Below are positions 28,232 to 36,257 of a DNA stretch of 39,493 nt, in pieces. Each line of letters starts with the position of its first letter. Position 1 is the first letter of the stretch. Source of the DNA: a virus (lineage: Duplodnaviria; Caudoviricetes). Where the stretch lies: positions 1 through 39,493 of IMG/VR virus record IMGVR_UViG_3300037483_000092. One strand, 5' to 3'. The position numbers were made by a program, and so were the translations under genes. The notes below the pieces were generated by a model. The model did not search any database. It saw only the letters and a list, made by a program, of their open reading frames with translations, and was not told the DNA's origin.

Positions 28232-28363
28232 TCAAAACTTGAAGCCCGCCAGGTCGTGAACCCAGTGGATCAGGGCCACAAGCCGAAGATCACCCATCCG
28301 TTCCTCCAGCTCCCGTTCAGCCCAGGCTTCGAGATCTTCCAGTGTCGGCTGTCCGTCGATCAT
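28232..28363 (-). CDS. hypothetical 43-aa protein
   Basis: MIDGQPTLEDLEAW...; follows the 28374 gene. Confidence 0.45.
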   Translation of the reverse strand: MIDGQPTLEDLEAWAERELEERMGDLRLVALIHWVHDLAGFKF

Positions 28364-28373
28364 CCGGGGGACT

Positions 28374-28874
28374 CTACCGAAACCGGCAGGGTCCGGAGAT
28401 CCAGCCCCCTTGCTGGAATGGAATCCAGTCCGTGTCTTCCGGCGGGTCATTCTCCACGGGCCACGGAGCGCCCGGGTACCTGGGAGGATCCCGCGTGAAG
28501 GCGGCCGACATGTCGGAGCATGCGCGGATCGTGTGCCACCAGCTTCCCGATGGTCCTTGCTCTGCGGCGTTCCGACACGATGAACAGGACCCCGACGCCA
28601 CGGCATCATCCCGAACCCACAACGTCTCCGCCATGAGGTCACGCCGTCCCGGAGGAATCGGGACGTTGATCATCTGGTGGTCCCGTCGGGTCACTCCGGA
28701 CATCGCCTGATCGTTCCGCTCCAGCTCCTGATCCAGCCAGGCCACGGCCCCTTCCGGGTCGTCGGCATCCTGGAACGGAACGTCCGCCCGTTCACGGGGG
28801 TCAAGCCGCGCGTCGGCGTACTTGGGGTACGGGTTCTCCGGTAGGTCCGGGGACCAGCGCCATGCGTCCGTCAT
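28374..28874 (-). CDS. hypothetical protein
   Basis: ATGA-coupled; AAGGA RBS; CxxC..H..C residues. Confidence 0.6.
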   Translation of the reverse strand: MTDAWRWSPDLPENPYPKYADARLDPRERADVPFQDADDPEGAVAWLDQELERNDQAMSGVTRRDHQMINVPIPPGRRDLMAETLWVRDDAVASGSCSSCRNAAEQGPSGSWWHTIRACSDMSAAFTRDPPRYPGAPWPVENDPPEDTDWIPFQQGGWISGPCRFR

Positions 28875-28993
28875 GATCCGTCCTTACTCGTTGTGATCAT
28901 GTAACCGATCTCGACCTGGCCCTGATCAAGGTCACAGTCCAGCGCCAGGCAGTACCTGCAGACGCACGTCAGGGAGTGATACCAGAAGATCAT
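28871..28993 (-). CDS. small Cys/His protein (YHSLTCVCRYCLA)
   Basis: ATGA overlaps on both sides; paralog of neighbour. Confidence 0.55.
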   Translation of the reverse strand: MIFWYHSLTCVCRYCLALDCDLDQGQVEIGYMITTSKDGS

Positions 28994-29157
28994 CGGGAGA
29001 CCGTCCATCCGATCGGGTGTTTCATGAACTTGATCTCTGCCCGCCATTCCTGGACCAGGCCATGATCCATCGCCAGGCAGTATTCGCAGACACACGACAG
29101 AGAGTGATACCTGTAGACCACAGGTCTCATGGTCATCAGGCTGAAGTAATTCGTCAT
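28990..29157 (-). CDS. small Cys/His protein (YHSLSCVCEYCLA)
   Basis: ATGA overlaps on both sides; paralog of neighbour. Confidence 0.55.
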   Translation of the reverse strand: MTNYFSLMTMRPVVYRYHSLSCVCEYCLAMDHGLVQEWRAEIKFMKHPIGWTVSR

Positions 29158-29846
29158 CCGAAGACCCTCCATCCGATCAGGGCCACTGTCCCGATCATCG
29201 CGCTGGGCAGAACGACCCAGTTCTCTACCGTTCCCCCGGTCTTGAACAAGCCCAGGGCGTAGCGTTTCGGCTTCGCCTTCTTCCCCTTGCCTGGGGCGTA
29301 CGGCCAGAGCAGGGGACAGCCCCCGTTCGTGAGCATGTCTCCGGCGACGTGCGTAGCGCTCCCCAGTACCAGGGCCAGCGGAACCCAGGCCAGGCTGACC
29401 GGCTGCAGGTAGACCAGCGCGGCACAGACCGGAATGGGCAGGAGATCGTCAATGATCCCGTCGATCTTCAGCAGGCGTACCGCTCCGGCCACGGCCAGGA
29501 TCAGCCACAGAGCCAGCCAGGCTTTCGCCACCTGACCGGGCCACCCCGGGACGCTCTGAAATAGGACTGCCTGGTACGTGGAACCACCCAGGATCGAGAT
29601 CCCCAGAATGGAGTGCGTACCGTTCCGGTGTCCGCCGGATATCTTCCGTACCGTCCAGGAGAATGCGGAGGTTACGGGACCGTAGGTTTTGGTGGTGGTC
29701 GCGTTCGGGTGGTCGATGTCGGGGAGCAGGGCGGCCCCGGTACAGACCACGCTCCCCAGTACCAGCGCGGGGAGGTTCTGGGGGAACCAGGAGGTACCGG
29801 CCCAGAAGGCGAACATCCCGGTAGCGGCATGGCTTTTCCCCATCAT
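29154..29846 (-). CDS. membrane-bound metal-dependent hydrolase (YdjM-like)
   Basis: SH...G, LPDIDHP, HRNGTHS, H..GD.LT..G motifs; multiple TMs. Confidence 0.85.
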   Translation of the reverse strand: MMGKSHAATGMFAFWAGTSWFPQNLPALVLGSVVCTGAALLPDIDHPNATTTKTYGPVTSAFSWTVRKISGGHRNGTHSILGISILGGSTYQAVLFQSVPGWPGQVAKAWLALWLILAVAGAVRLLKIDGIIDDLLPIPVCAALVYLQPVSLAWVPLALVLGSATHVAGDMLTNGGCPLLWPYAPGKGKKAKPKRYALGLFKTGGTVENWVVLPSAMIGTVALIGWRVFG

Positions 29847-30028
29847 CCGAGACTCTCCCGGTGGAGCTGGTTGATCTGCCGGAGGATCTCACGCTCCAGC
29901 TGATCTTCGGTACAGCCGAAGGTCCGGGCGAACCCCTCCAGCTCCAGGCCCTGGGAGAGCGCGTCACGTACCAGGTCCCGGATCAGCCCCTTGACCTGGC
30001 GTCGGACTTTGGTACGGGGGTCCATCAT
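29843..30028 (-). CDS. hypothetical protein
   Basis: ATGA coupling; GAGG RBS. Confidence 0.55.
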   Translation of the reverse strand: MMDPRTKVRRQVKGLIRDLVRDALSQGLELEGFARTFGCTEDQLEREILRQINQLHRESLG

Positions 30029-30228
30029 CGCCGTACCTCTTTGAACCAAACGTTCTTGGTCGCGTCCGGTTCTCCGGCGTGGTCCCTGCAGTACAGGGAG
30101 AACGGCGTCACCTCGATCACGTCCGGCGCGGCCACGGGCTCCCGGCATTGGTCCCAGCTGCAGAGGCTGTTCACGAAGCGGAACATCTGGTCCACCTCGA
30201 ACCAGCCTGACTTCAGGGGCTCGTTCAT
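30025..30228 (-). CDS. hypothetical protein, Cys/His motif
   Basis: C....C...YC..H; coupled. Confidence 0.55.
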   Translation of the reverse strand: MNEPLKSGWFEVDQMFRFVNSLCSWDQCREPVAAPDVIEVTPFSLYCRDHAGEPDATKNVWFKEVRR

Positions 30229-30512
30229 GTCCAGCTCCAGCGGTGCTCATAGAAGTTGGTCGTGATCCATCCCTGACCACGGTTCAGGGTCTCCACGGTG
30301 GAACCCATGGCACGGGCGATGTGAACCATCTCGGATGCCCGCTTACGGATCTTGGTCAGCCGGTACGCCTGCTGGTCCGGGGTCACCACCCAGATGGTTG
30401 ACTGCCCGGCTTCGACCTCGCCTTCACACCAGAACTGTCCGGCCATGAGGACCGCGCCACCGTCTTCGGTCAGCGCGTGGAACGCGATCGTGTCGATCAC
30501 GGGTGTTGTCAT
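30225..30512 (-). CDS. hypothetical protein
   Basis: Coupled to neighbours; ATG 30512 or GTG 30521. Confidence 0.55.
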   Translation of the reverse strand: MTTPVIDTIAFHALTEDGGAVLMAGQFWCEGEVEAGQSTIWVVTPDQQAYRLTKIRKRASEMVHIARAMGSTVETLNRGQGWITTNFYEHRWSWT

Positions 30513-30814
30513 CAGGACCACGGTCCGTAAACCAGTCCGCGTGAGCGGTTGTACTCATGCATGGCGGTGACGATTTCCCAGACCTTCGTTAGGTCGGGGT
30601 GTGGCAACCGGTCGGGACCGTCCATGCGCCATGCCGAGATGGACCATACGTAGGTGTACGCCTCGAAGGCGTCCTGTCCGATGATCCCCTGGCGGTACCA
30701 GCTCTCGATCGTTCCGAGGTTCTGGAGGCTGAGTGTTGCGGCCGTGCATTCCACGCATCCGACGTGCAAGAAGTGGTTCGTATCCGAACCGGGCTTGAAG
30801 TGGGTGAAGATCAC
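30512..30814 (-). CDS. hypothetical protein
   Basis: Strong GGAAGGA RBS; H..C..C motif. Confidence 0.6.
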   Translation of the reverse strand: MIFTHFKPGSDTNHFLHVGCVECTAATLSLQNLGTIESWYRQGIIGQDAFEAYTYVWSISAWRMDGPDRLPHPDLTKVWEIVTAMHEYNRSRGLVYGPWS

Positions 30815-30857
30815 GATCTTTCCTTCCGTCCGTACCTGTCAGGTACACAGACCCATC

Positions 30858-30886
30858 TTGACACATGGTCACATATCGAACAAGCT
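30858..30886 (+). promoter_or_regulatory. putative sigma70-type promoter for rightward island
   Basis: TTGACA-17 bp-CAAGCT, 6 nt upstream of ATG 30893 (possibly leaderless). Confidence 0.45.
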
Positions 30887-30892
30887 AGCGGA

Positions 30893-31174
30893 ATGGATTC
30901 GAACCACGATCTCCCGGTGCATGTCCCGGACGGGTACGCGCTGGTCCCTCTCGGAGGTGGCCAGGCACACGTTAGGCCTGCGGACGACTGGACCGTTTCG
31001 GTACCTCCGTACGATCCCCAGTCGCCGGTAGAGCTCTGGTGGTCCCGGATCATGCGCTGGCCCAGACGTGGAGCCCGATGGTTCCTGTACCTGACCCTGA
31101 CATGGCAGAGATCGGCCGTGGTGGCGGCGATCTTCCTGGCCGTGTACCTGGTGATCGCGGCGTACCAACGATGA
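30893..31174 (+). CDS. membrane protein, first gene of transfer island
   Basis: 93 aa with C-terminal TM. Confidence 0.55.
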   Translation: MDSNHDLPVHVPDGYALVPLGGGQAHVRPADDWTVSVPPYDPQSPVELWWSRIMRWPRRGARWFLYLTLTWQRSAVVAAIFLAVYLVIAAYQR

Positions 31175-31199
31175 AAGAACCAACGGACGGAAAGAGATC

Positions 31200-31445
31200 A
31201 TGAGCACACAAACGAGAGTCGCGGCCCGGGTGGAACGGCTCCGGCGGTACGTGGATCTGGAGCTGGAGAACGTGACCAGGGAAACGGACGGACTGAACGA
31301 GATCCTCACACCACCCGTGGTCTCTCTGGACGTGGCCATGAACCGCGCGGAACGTCTCGCGTCGGCGGCCACCCAATTGGTACGGCACCTGTCCGCGCTG
31401 ATTGCTCTGGATGACGTGGCAGCCCTGCTGGAGGTGGACGAATGA
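31200..31445 (+). CDS. hypothetical helical protein
   Basis: GGAAAGAG RBS; ATGA coupling to next gene. Confidence 0.6.
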   Translation: MSTQTRVAARVERLRRYVDLELENVTRETDGLNEILTPPVVSLDVAMNRAERLASAATQLVRHLSALIALDDVAALLEVDE

Positions 31446-32152
31446 ACCACTTCTGGAAGAAGAACTGGCCGGTCGTACCGCTGGTACTGCTGGTCTTGGG
31501 TGCCAGCCTGGTATCGCTGGCGGAATCGTTCCACGGGCTCCGGAACTGGGCCATGGCGCACGGCGTGAACCGGGGATGGACGGCGGACTTCTGGCCTCTG
31601 CAGGTGGACGTGTTCATCGTCGCCGGAGAGCTGGGCCTTCTGCTGTCGGCCTTCTATCGCTGGCCCAAGCGCGTCCGTGGGCTGTGCTGGACGATCACGA
31701 TCGTCGGCCTGGTCGTGTCGGTCGCTGCCAACAGCTTCCAGGAGCTGGGACCGGCGGCCGACTGGACGTTCCACCTCACGGCGGCCGTACCTCCGATCGC
31801 GGCAACCTCCGGCCTGCTGGTCATCCTGTCGATCACCAAGCAGTTCGCGGCCCCTGAGACGGCCCCAGATCCTGCGGTCGACGTCACGCGTGTGGTCGTG
31901 CCGGAGCGTAAGGCGAAGGCCGTCACGGGCAGCGTCAAGCCCGCGCTGGAGGCACCCAGGCGAAATGGCCCCGGGGTGGAGCACGCGAAGTTCAGCGAGG
32001 CTCTGAAGATCTACCGGGAGTCGCTGAACTCACCGGGAAAGACGATCTCTGAACGAGATCTCATGGACGCTGTCGGGATGCCCGGGGCCAACCGGGGCCT
32101 GGCCAGGTTCGTGAAGAATTACGTGGCGGAAGGGCGGACCGATCATGGCTAA
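31442..32152 (+). CDS. DUF2637/SpdA-like plasmid spread membrane protein
   Basis: Four TMs with SF..L...A..HG, WPL.VD, SVAAN, AAVPP; C-terminal HTH-like segment. Confidence 0.75.
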   Translation: MNHFWKKNWPVVPLVLLVLGASLVSLAESFHGLRNWAMAHGVNRGWTADFWPLQVDVFIVAGELGLLLSAFYRWPKRVRGLCWTITIVGLVVSVAANSFQELGPAADWTFHLTAAVPPIAATSGLLVILSITKQFAAPETAPDPAVDVTRVVVPERKAKAVTGSVKPALEAPRRNGPGVEHAKFSEALKIYRESLNSPGKTISERDLMDAVGMPGANRGLARFVKNYVAEGRTDHG

Positions 32153-32435
32153 CCCCGTCCACCGGTTCGCATGCGGGACTGACAATGACGGCTTCCCCAC
32201 GTGCATGGGTGACGGAGGTACCTGCGGGATTCTCGGATGTGACCGGCTGGAGCCGGAGCCGGTCAAGGCCGCTCCGACGTGTCGCTGCCAGCGGATGACC
32301 CCGATCCCCTGCTATGGAACGATCACGGCGGAAGATCTTCTGTGCGATGACTGCCGGGACGGCTGCAATATGGCCTTCCGGTCATTCTCTGGCGGCGGCG
32401 GATTCCACATGCGGACGGAGATCCGTTTTGGGTGA
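32145..32435 (+). CDS. Cys-rich hypothetical protein
   Basis: About ten Cys in 96 aa; overlapping start. Confidence 0.5.
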   Translation: MANPVHRFACGTDNDGFPTCMGDGGTCGILGCDRLEPEPVKAAPTCRCQRMTPIPCYGTITAEDLLCDDCRDGCNMAFRSFSGGGGFHMRTEIRFG

Positions 32436-32583
32436 GTGGTGCAAATGCCCTGACTGCTGGGGCTGGTTCGTGAACGATCATCTTGGAGAAGACCTTGACG
32501 AGTTTGGGCGTGACCTGTCCTGGTGGACCGGGCTCCCCTTGCATCGTGATCGTCCCGATGGTGTGGAGTTTGATCATGGGTGA
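32428..32583 (+). CDS. small hypothetical protein (CxCxxC)
   Basis: TTG start after GGAG; fills gap before translocase. Confidence 0.4.
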   Translation: MGEWCKCPDCWGWFVNDHLGEDLDEFGRDLSWWTGLPLHRDRPDGVEFDHG

Positions 32584-34363
32584 GTCAACGATCGTCTGGC
32601 TCCGGCCGCCGGATGAGAAGCCGCACGGCAGCCGGAACGCGAAGAAGGACGCCAAGTACCTGCTCTGGCGGAACCGTCACCAGCTGCTCCCGGTGTACCT
32701 GGCGTCCGGCTGGTACGCGCTGGCGGCCGTGGTCGGCGATCCGGTCGGGATCGTGTCGGCAACGCTGGTGTGTTCCGTCCTGGTCCTGATCTACGGGGAC
32801 AAGGTCAAACTGGACCGGGTGCCGGAGCGCCGGTACGCGGCGCTGGCCGGTACGGCGGCGGCGGGCTGGTACGGCTGGTCCTGCTCCGCTGGTACCGGTC
32901 CGCCGGACTTCGGAGAGGTGGCGGTCCTGGCGATCCTGACCGTTCTGGTATCGGCCCCGTGGTGGAACCACCGGAAGATCAGGGGGTCCATCCCGGTGGA
33001 GTTCCACGCTGGTATGTCGGCACGCGAGAGGCAGACCAGACGGAACGAAGTAGCTGCCCTGCTCCTGGACTGGTCGGCGCTGTCCAGCGCTGGTCAGCTG
33101 TCGAACTCCAAGGTGCTGGGTATCCGGTTCACTCCCGTCTCCGTCGACATCAAGATCAGATTCCGGCGCGGCGCGGCGGTGGAGGACTTCACGGTCCGGC
33201 GGCTGGCGAAGCTCGAAAGCGCCTTCGCCTGCAGACGCGGGGCCAGCCGGGTGGAGCCGGTGGAGAGCAACGCTCAGCAGGCCATCATCCGGCTGATGAT
33301 CGTGGACCCGCACGCCGAGCCGATCCCCCTGCCGGACACGGACGACATGATCATCGGACTCTTCGAGACCGGGGGAGACGTCGAATTCGAGCTGATCAAC
33401 TCCTTGATCGCCGGAGAGACCGGGGCCGGTAAGTCCGGCATCCTGAACGCGATCATTTGCAAGCTCATGCGCAATCCGAAGATCGCTCTGCTGGGGATCG
33501 ACCTGAAGCCGGGAGGGATCGAGCTCCGGCCGTACTCCGACGTCATGGCGGAACTGGCGATCAACCCACGCCAGGCCAGACGCGTCATGAGGATCTTCCA
33601 GGACGAGATGCAACGACGCGGGGATCTCATGGGGGACCAGGGCATCCGGGAGTGGCCGGTCACGGAGGAAGACCCGTTCATGGTCCTGATCATTGATGAG
33701 GCCTTCGAGCTCAAACGCCACAAGCTGGAATCCGAAGCGGAGGACATTACGGCACTCTCGCGGGCCTTCGGCGGGTGTGTCCTGGTCGCCACCCAGCATC
33801 CGACCGACCGGGCTCTATCCATGATCATCAAGGCCAACTGCCCACAGAACATCGGCGCGAAAACGCGGGGTGACTCGGCCGACCGGGTGATCTTCGGGGA
33901 GAACGCCACGAAGGACGGCTGGCGACCCTCGAAGATTCCCCCGAACCGTCCGGGATCGTTCATGATCCGGAACCGGAAGAACATCCGGCCGTTGCTGGCG
34001 CGGGCCTTCAATATCACGGACAAAGATCGGGATCGGGAGGTTCAGCGCTGGGCTTCGAGGCGGACTTCGCTGGGGGGCTCTGAGAGCAACGCACAGACCA
34101 GCTACCCCCTTCCCGGTACAACCACTCCGGACGTAGTCGACGCGGTCGTGGTGGAGCAACTGGTGGACACGGGTAGCCCGATTCTGGACGCGATACGGGC
34201 CGGAGCGAACACGGCAGCCCTGATCGTGGAGAGGACCAAGATCAGTCGGTCATGGGTGTTCGTCAGGTTGCGGGAGCTGGAGGCGGACGGAGTGATCCGG
34301 CCGGGCTCGAAGCGTGGCGTCTGGGTGGTTGTGGGTGATGAACATCAGTCCAGTCCAGGCTAA
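32576..34363 (+). CDS. TraB-like FtsK/SpoIIIE DNA translocase
   Basis: N-terminal TMs ending PWW.HR; Walker A GETGAGKS; IDLK.G; Walker B VLIIDE; ATQHP; C-terminal winged helix. Confidence 0.88.
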   Translation: MGESTIVWLRPPDEKPHGSRNAKKDAKYLLWRNRHQLLPVYLASGWYALAAVVGDPVGIVSATLVCSVLVLIYGDKVKLDRVPERRYAALAGTAAAGWYGWSCSAGTGPPDFGEVAVLAILTVLVSAPWWNHRKIRGSIPVEFHAGMSARERQTRRNEVAALLLDWSALSSAGQLSNSKVLGIRFTPVSVDIKIRFRRGAAVEDFTVRRLAKLESAFACRRGASRVEPVESNAQQAIIRLMIVDPHAEPIPLPDTDDMIIGLFETGGDVEFELINSLIAGETGAGKSGILNAIICKLMRNPKIALLGIDLKPGGIELRPYSDVMAELAINPRQARRVMRIFQDEMQRRGDLMGDQGIREWPVTEEDPFMVLIIDEAFELKRHKLESEAEDITALSRAFGGCVLVATQHPTDRALSMIIKANCPQNIGAKTRGDSADRVIFGENATKDGWRPSKIPPNRPGSFMIRNRKNIRPLLARAFNITDKDRDREVQRWASRRTSLGGSESNAQTSYPLPGTTTPDVVDAVVVEQLVDTGSPILDAIRAGANTAALIVERTKISRSWVFVRLRELEADGVIRPGSKRGVWVVVGDEHQSSPG

Positions 34364-34427
34364 AAATGACCGTTCTCGCGCGTCTCCCCGCACACCGACG
34401 GCTGGACTGGATTGGACTGGACTGGAC
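34346..34427. repeat. 5-bp direct/inverted repeat cluster (candidate clt-like site)
   Basis: CAGTCCAGTCCAG at 34346-34358 is inverted relative to five TGGAY units at 34403-34427. Confidence 0.7.
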
Positions 34428-34446
34428 GAACCTGACCAGAAACGCA

Positions 34447-34485
34447 GAAAGCCCCAGCCGGAGAGTGATCTCCGCTGGGGCTTTC
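34447..34485. terminator. bidirectional intrinsic terminator
   Basis: GAAAGCCCCAGC..CGGAG / CTCCG..CTGGGGCTTTC between convergent genes. Confidence 0.8.
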
Positions 34486-34491
34486 GTGTGA

Positions 34492-34647
34492 TCAGGCGGC
34501 CGGAGCCGCGTGGATGACGGTCAGCCAGCCCTTGATCAGGGCGGCGAATGTGGCCGTTTTACCGGAGCCGGAGCAGCGAGGGCAGGCGAACGTTCGGACG
34601 GCTCCACGGCACTTTCCGGAGCCGTGGCATCGGGTACAGGTCGGCAT
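34492..34647 (-). CDS. DnaJ-type zinc-finger microprotein
   Basis: CTRCHGSG and CPRCSGSG (CxxCxGxG x2); AAGGAAG RBS. Confidence 0.7.
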   Translation of the reverse strand: MPTCTRCHGSGKCRGAVRTFACPRCSGSGKTATFAALIKGWLTVIHAAPAA

Positions 34648-34649
34648 GA

Positions 34650-34928
34650 TCAGATCTTCCTTTGGACCGGTACGTCGGGTTCGACGTGATACATGATCAC
34701 CACGATCGGGGCCTGAGGATCCAGGCCAGCGCTCCGGCGGGCGGCCTTCATAACCCACATGAAGATCTCGCTGGGAGTGATGTGGAGGGGGAACTTCGGG
34801 GTCCCGTAGAACGTGGTCTTCCGCTCCCCCTGGCCCACGTTCCAGGCCAGGGACATGACGGTCAGCCATGGGGTTTGGACGACCGTCGGCGGTCGGACGG
34901 CCTGGTCGTACTGGGTGGGCAGGGTCAT
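34650..34928 (-). CDS. hypothetical protein
   Basis: TGATG coupling. Confidence 0.55.
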   Translation of the reverse strand: MTLPTQYDQAVRPPTVVQTPWLTVMSLAWNVGQGERKTTFYGTPKFPLHITPSEIFMWVMKAARRSAGLDPQAPIVVIMYHVEPDVPVQRKI

Positions 34929-35152
34929 CAGAGCGTCTCGTTTCGGTGGAGGGAGAAGAACAGGACGGCGAACTCACCCGGGGCCAGGCCCCTAGACTTG
35001 GCGAACTCGCCAGAGATCTTTTCGTAGGCCTCGCGGTAGGTGATCGAGGTCTGATCCGGATCGATGTCGAACGTTCCGGTCATGGTGTTCGTGGACAGGG
35101 CTCCGGCGCGTCGGCTCCAGGACCCGGTGATTACGTACGCGTACTGAGTCAT
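34928..35152 (-). CDS. hypothetical protein
   Basis: ATGA coupling; GGAG RBS. Confidence 0.55.
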   Translation of the reverse strand: MTQYAYVITGSWSRRAGALSTNTMTGTFDIDPDQTSITYREAYEKISGEFAKSRGLAPGEFAVLFFSLHRNETL

Positions 35153-35337
35153 TTACCGCTCCAGAAGAACCAGCCGATGAAGTCATCCCAGGGGCTGGGT
35201 GCTCCGTTGCCACCCGTGAACGAATCGCGGGTGCCTCTGGCGATCTTCTCCAGCCTCTTGATCCCCTCTTCGTCCTTCACGGAGGGGTCGCCCATGAGGA
35301 TCATCAGGCCGACGGCTATCAGCAGGATGGCGAGCAT
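35149..35337 (-). CDS. small membrane/secreted protein
   Basis: N-terminal hydrophobic helix; coupled. Confidence 0.5.
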   Translation of the reverse strand: MLAILLIAVGLMILMGDPSVKDEEGIKRLEKIARGTRDSFTGGNGAPSPWDDFIGWFFWSGK

Positions 35338-35474
35338 CAGTGACTCACCACCCACACGGTCATCAGGGCGATGACCAGAGTCCACACCAGGGACTTCAGG
35401 GGGAGCGGGGTCCACCGGTAGAGCTGGCCGACCACACCCACGACGATCAGTCCGAGACCGACGGTCAGCATCAT
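35337..35474 (-). CDS. small membrane protein
   Basis: 45 aa, two TMs; GGAGG RBS. Confidence 0.55.
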   Translation of the reverse strand: MMLTVGLGLIVVGVVGQLYRWTPLPLKSLVWTLVIALMTVWVVSH

Positions 35475-35635
35475 CGGGTCACCTCCTGCTCCGCGTCGGC
35501 TTCGGAGTGATCGCGTCCGTCCCGGGTGATTTCCAGGATGAAGTAACCCAGGCTGATCGTGGTCTGGACTGCGTAAATCACAGCCACCACGATCATGAAG
35601 TTCATGAGGCCGTCGGGGATTTGCAGGGTTTGCAT
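35471..35635 (-). CDS. small membrane protein
   Basis: Read manually: MQTLQIPDGLMNFMIVVAVIYAVQTTISLGYFILE...; GGAAGGA RBS. Confidence 0.55.
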   Translation of the reverse strand: MQTLQIPDGLMNFMIVVAVIYAVQTTISLGYFILEITRDGRDHSEADAEQEVTR

Positions 35636-35675
35636 GTGGAGATCCTTCCCGGGGACCCCGGTCGGGTCCCCTTTG

Positions 35676-35742
35676 CTCCGGCTGGAGGTCTCGAACCTCC
35701 CTGCTCCCTCCGGCCAGAGGGGGCACGCGCCATGCTGCCGGA
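35676..35742 (-). ncRNA. non-canonical tRNA-like cloverleaf
   Basis: TCCGGC/GCCGGA acceptor-like stem, GCAT/GTGC arm, CCCTC/GAGGG arm with 6-nt loop, T-arm GGAGG-TTCGAGA-CCTCC; no CCA. Confidence 0.5.
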
Positions 35743-35779
35743 CTGTCCCGGATTTGACCGGCCCCGGGCGGCCGGTGGA

Positions 35780-36001
35780 TCAACCAGCGTGGTAGGACTC
35801 GCAGAGAACACCGGCCATCTCAAGAGCCGGAAGGATTTCCCGAACCTTGAAGTCCCTGATCTTCTGGTTCGACGCCGATTCCAGGCGCTCCTTGACCAGA
35901 GCCTTGGCGTCCTTCTTGGTCTGCGCTGCGATTACGAACTCTGAGAACTGGTCGTAATCGAGGCCTTCGTCGATCATCTCGAACAGCCAAACCTTCATCA
36001 T
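35780..36001 (-). CDS. hypothetical protein
   Basis: GGAG RBS; YD.F..FVIAA...GVL.ESY.AG. Confidence 0.65.
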   Translation of the reverse strand: MMKVWLFEMIDEGLDYDQFSEFVIAAQTKKDAKALVKERLESASNQKIRDFKVREILPALEMAGVLCESYHAG

Positions 36002-36066
36002 GTGGATCTCCGTATCGGTGGGGTGTTGAACTCCGACGGTTTCACAAGTGTGACCAGCCGTCAAGG

Positions 36067-36180
36067 TCAGTAGGGGAGCAACCGTCCACCGGGAGTCCGG
36101 CAGTCCGGATTGCCTGGCGTTCCCTGGACGGGAGCCGGACGCGGGCTCTTCTTGATCTGAACATGGACCTGCTTGGGCAT
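36067..36180 (-). CDS. hypothetical 37-aa peptide
   Basis: MPKQVHVQIKKS...; weak RBS. Confidence 0.35.
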   Translation of the reverse strand: MPKQVHVQIKKSPRPAPVQGTPGNPDCRTPGGRLLPY

Positions 36181-36257
36181 GATCGTGTTCCATTCTGTGG
36201 GGTGATCGGACACGGCGCGCGTACCAGCGCGGGGAACTGGTACGCGACCGAACCGGA

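Noticed and set aside
303-32575. Extended N-termini in the ORF track (starts 303, 2405, 8514, 8894, 14349, 26976, 30599, 32483)
   Set aside because: They overlap upstream genes; downstream starts with RBS or ATGA/GTGA coupling fit better.
35676-35742. Canonical tRNA-Ala(GGC) or tRNA-Gly(GCC)
   Set aside because: A 7-nt anticodon loop needs a stem mismatch, the D-arm is truncated, the acceptor has 6 bp and there is no CCA; kept only as tRNA-like.
36218-36246. Hairpin CGCGTACCAG/CTGGTACGCG as another copy of the repeat family
   Set aside because: Same stop-hairpin-RBS placement but unrelated stem sequence; treated as an ordinary intergenic hairpin.
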